Assembly (NCBI GenBank): GCA_035221665.1
Contig: CM069174.1
Location: forward strand, 10,850,001 to 10,914,000
Direction of reading: 5' to 3'
Length of the DNA: 64,000 nucleotides
From: Okamejei kenojei
Taxonomy: Eukaryota
Part shown: positions 63,341 through 64,000 of the stretch, piece after piece
How the letters are laid out: each line of letters opens with the position of its first letter
Numbering within the stretch: position 1 is the stretch's first letter
The notes under the pieces: model-generated
Seen by the model: the letters and a program-made list of their open reading frames with translations, nothing else
Databases searched by the model: none
Told to the model about the DNA's origin: nothing
Translations under genes and position numbers: made by a program

Positions 63341-64000
63341 AAATCTAATTATTCCCCCAAGATTACTTTGCTCCTTCTGCAGCAAACATTTAACACATTC
63401 TTATTTCCTCCTTTACTTTTCTCTTTCTGTACAAGCTATTTAATATTTATGGAACTGCTGGAATTCAAGCTGGATCTAACCAAGTTCGGGGGGGAAAGAA
63501 AATTCCTTTGGTTGTTGCTTACGAACTGTGAGGGACTATATTTTGATGGCACCAGTTGTATCTCGGTATTTCTTTCCTGCTCAGCATGTCAGTAGGATTA
63601 ACTCACTAATGACTAACAGCAGATTAACCATGCTCATAAAACGAACTGACTGCACAGGTTGGTAGTTGATGATAATCAGTCAAGTTTTTTTGTTTTGTTT
63701 ATCCTCTTGCTCTCTTGAATAGTTTTATACGAAACTGCTCTAACTTGCATGACTGAGATATGATTTCCAAAAAAGAATCTCACCAAACGAGATATAGATA
63801 AAGCTCCATTAGACATCACCTCTCCAGTAAAGACACATCCCTTCTGCACCATAGTTGCTGGCCAATGTCCTTTCACTACAGACAAGGAAGATGCGTACAA
63901 GGTGATGATGAGGGTTCCCAATGGGCTCCATCAAGCCTGGTACAACCATTAGTTGGGAACTACCTCACCCTCTGAAGTATCAGTTAAAGCAGGGGGTGGG

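Noticed and set aside
58000-64000. GDF11 exon 1
   Set aside because: No signal peptide or ILSKLRL-type prodomain ORF found; it probably lies beyond the window end.

Overview
Vertebrate genomic DNA, most likely from a cartilaginous fish (skate/ray-like repeat landscape; this is an inference). Three protein-coding genes can be reconstructed from splice signals and frame continuity. (1) A complete INPP1-family inositol polyphosphate 1-phosphatase on the minus strand: 5 coding exons, 375 aa, with a probable non-coding first exon at ~13.85 kb. (2) A complete SARNP on the plus strand: 11 coding exons, 209 aa, head-to-head with the INPP1-like gene. (3) Exons 2-3 of GDF11 on the minus strand, convergent with SARNP; exon 1 was not found and probably lies beyond the window. 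Introns and intergenic DNA hold a full-length decayed Tc1 (Passport-like) transposon, a PIF/Harbinger MITE, CR1, L2 and Penelope-like retroelement fragments, tRNA-derived SINEs and three degenerate minisatellites. Most notable: (a) a family of short Penelope-derived insertions carrying a minimal hammerhead-ribozyme motif, often as TSD-flanked inverted dimers; (b) an intact INPP1-like gene on the GDF11/SARNP paralogon, in the position human ORMDL2 occupies; (c) an unusually diverged GDF11 mature ligand. All comparisons to human proteins and repeat families are from memory, not from database searches.
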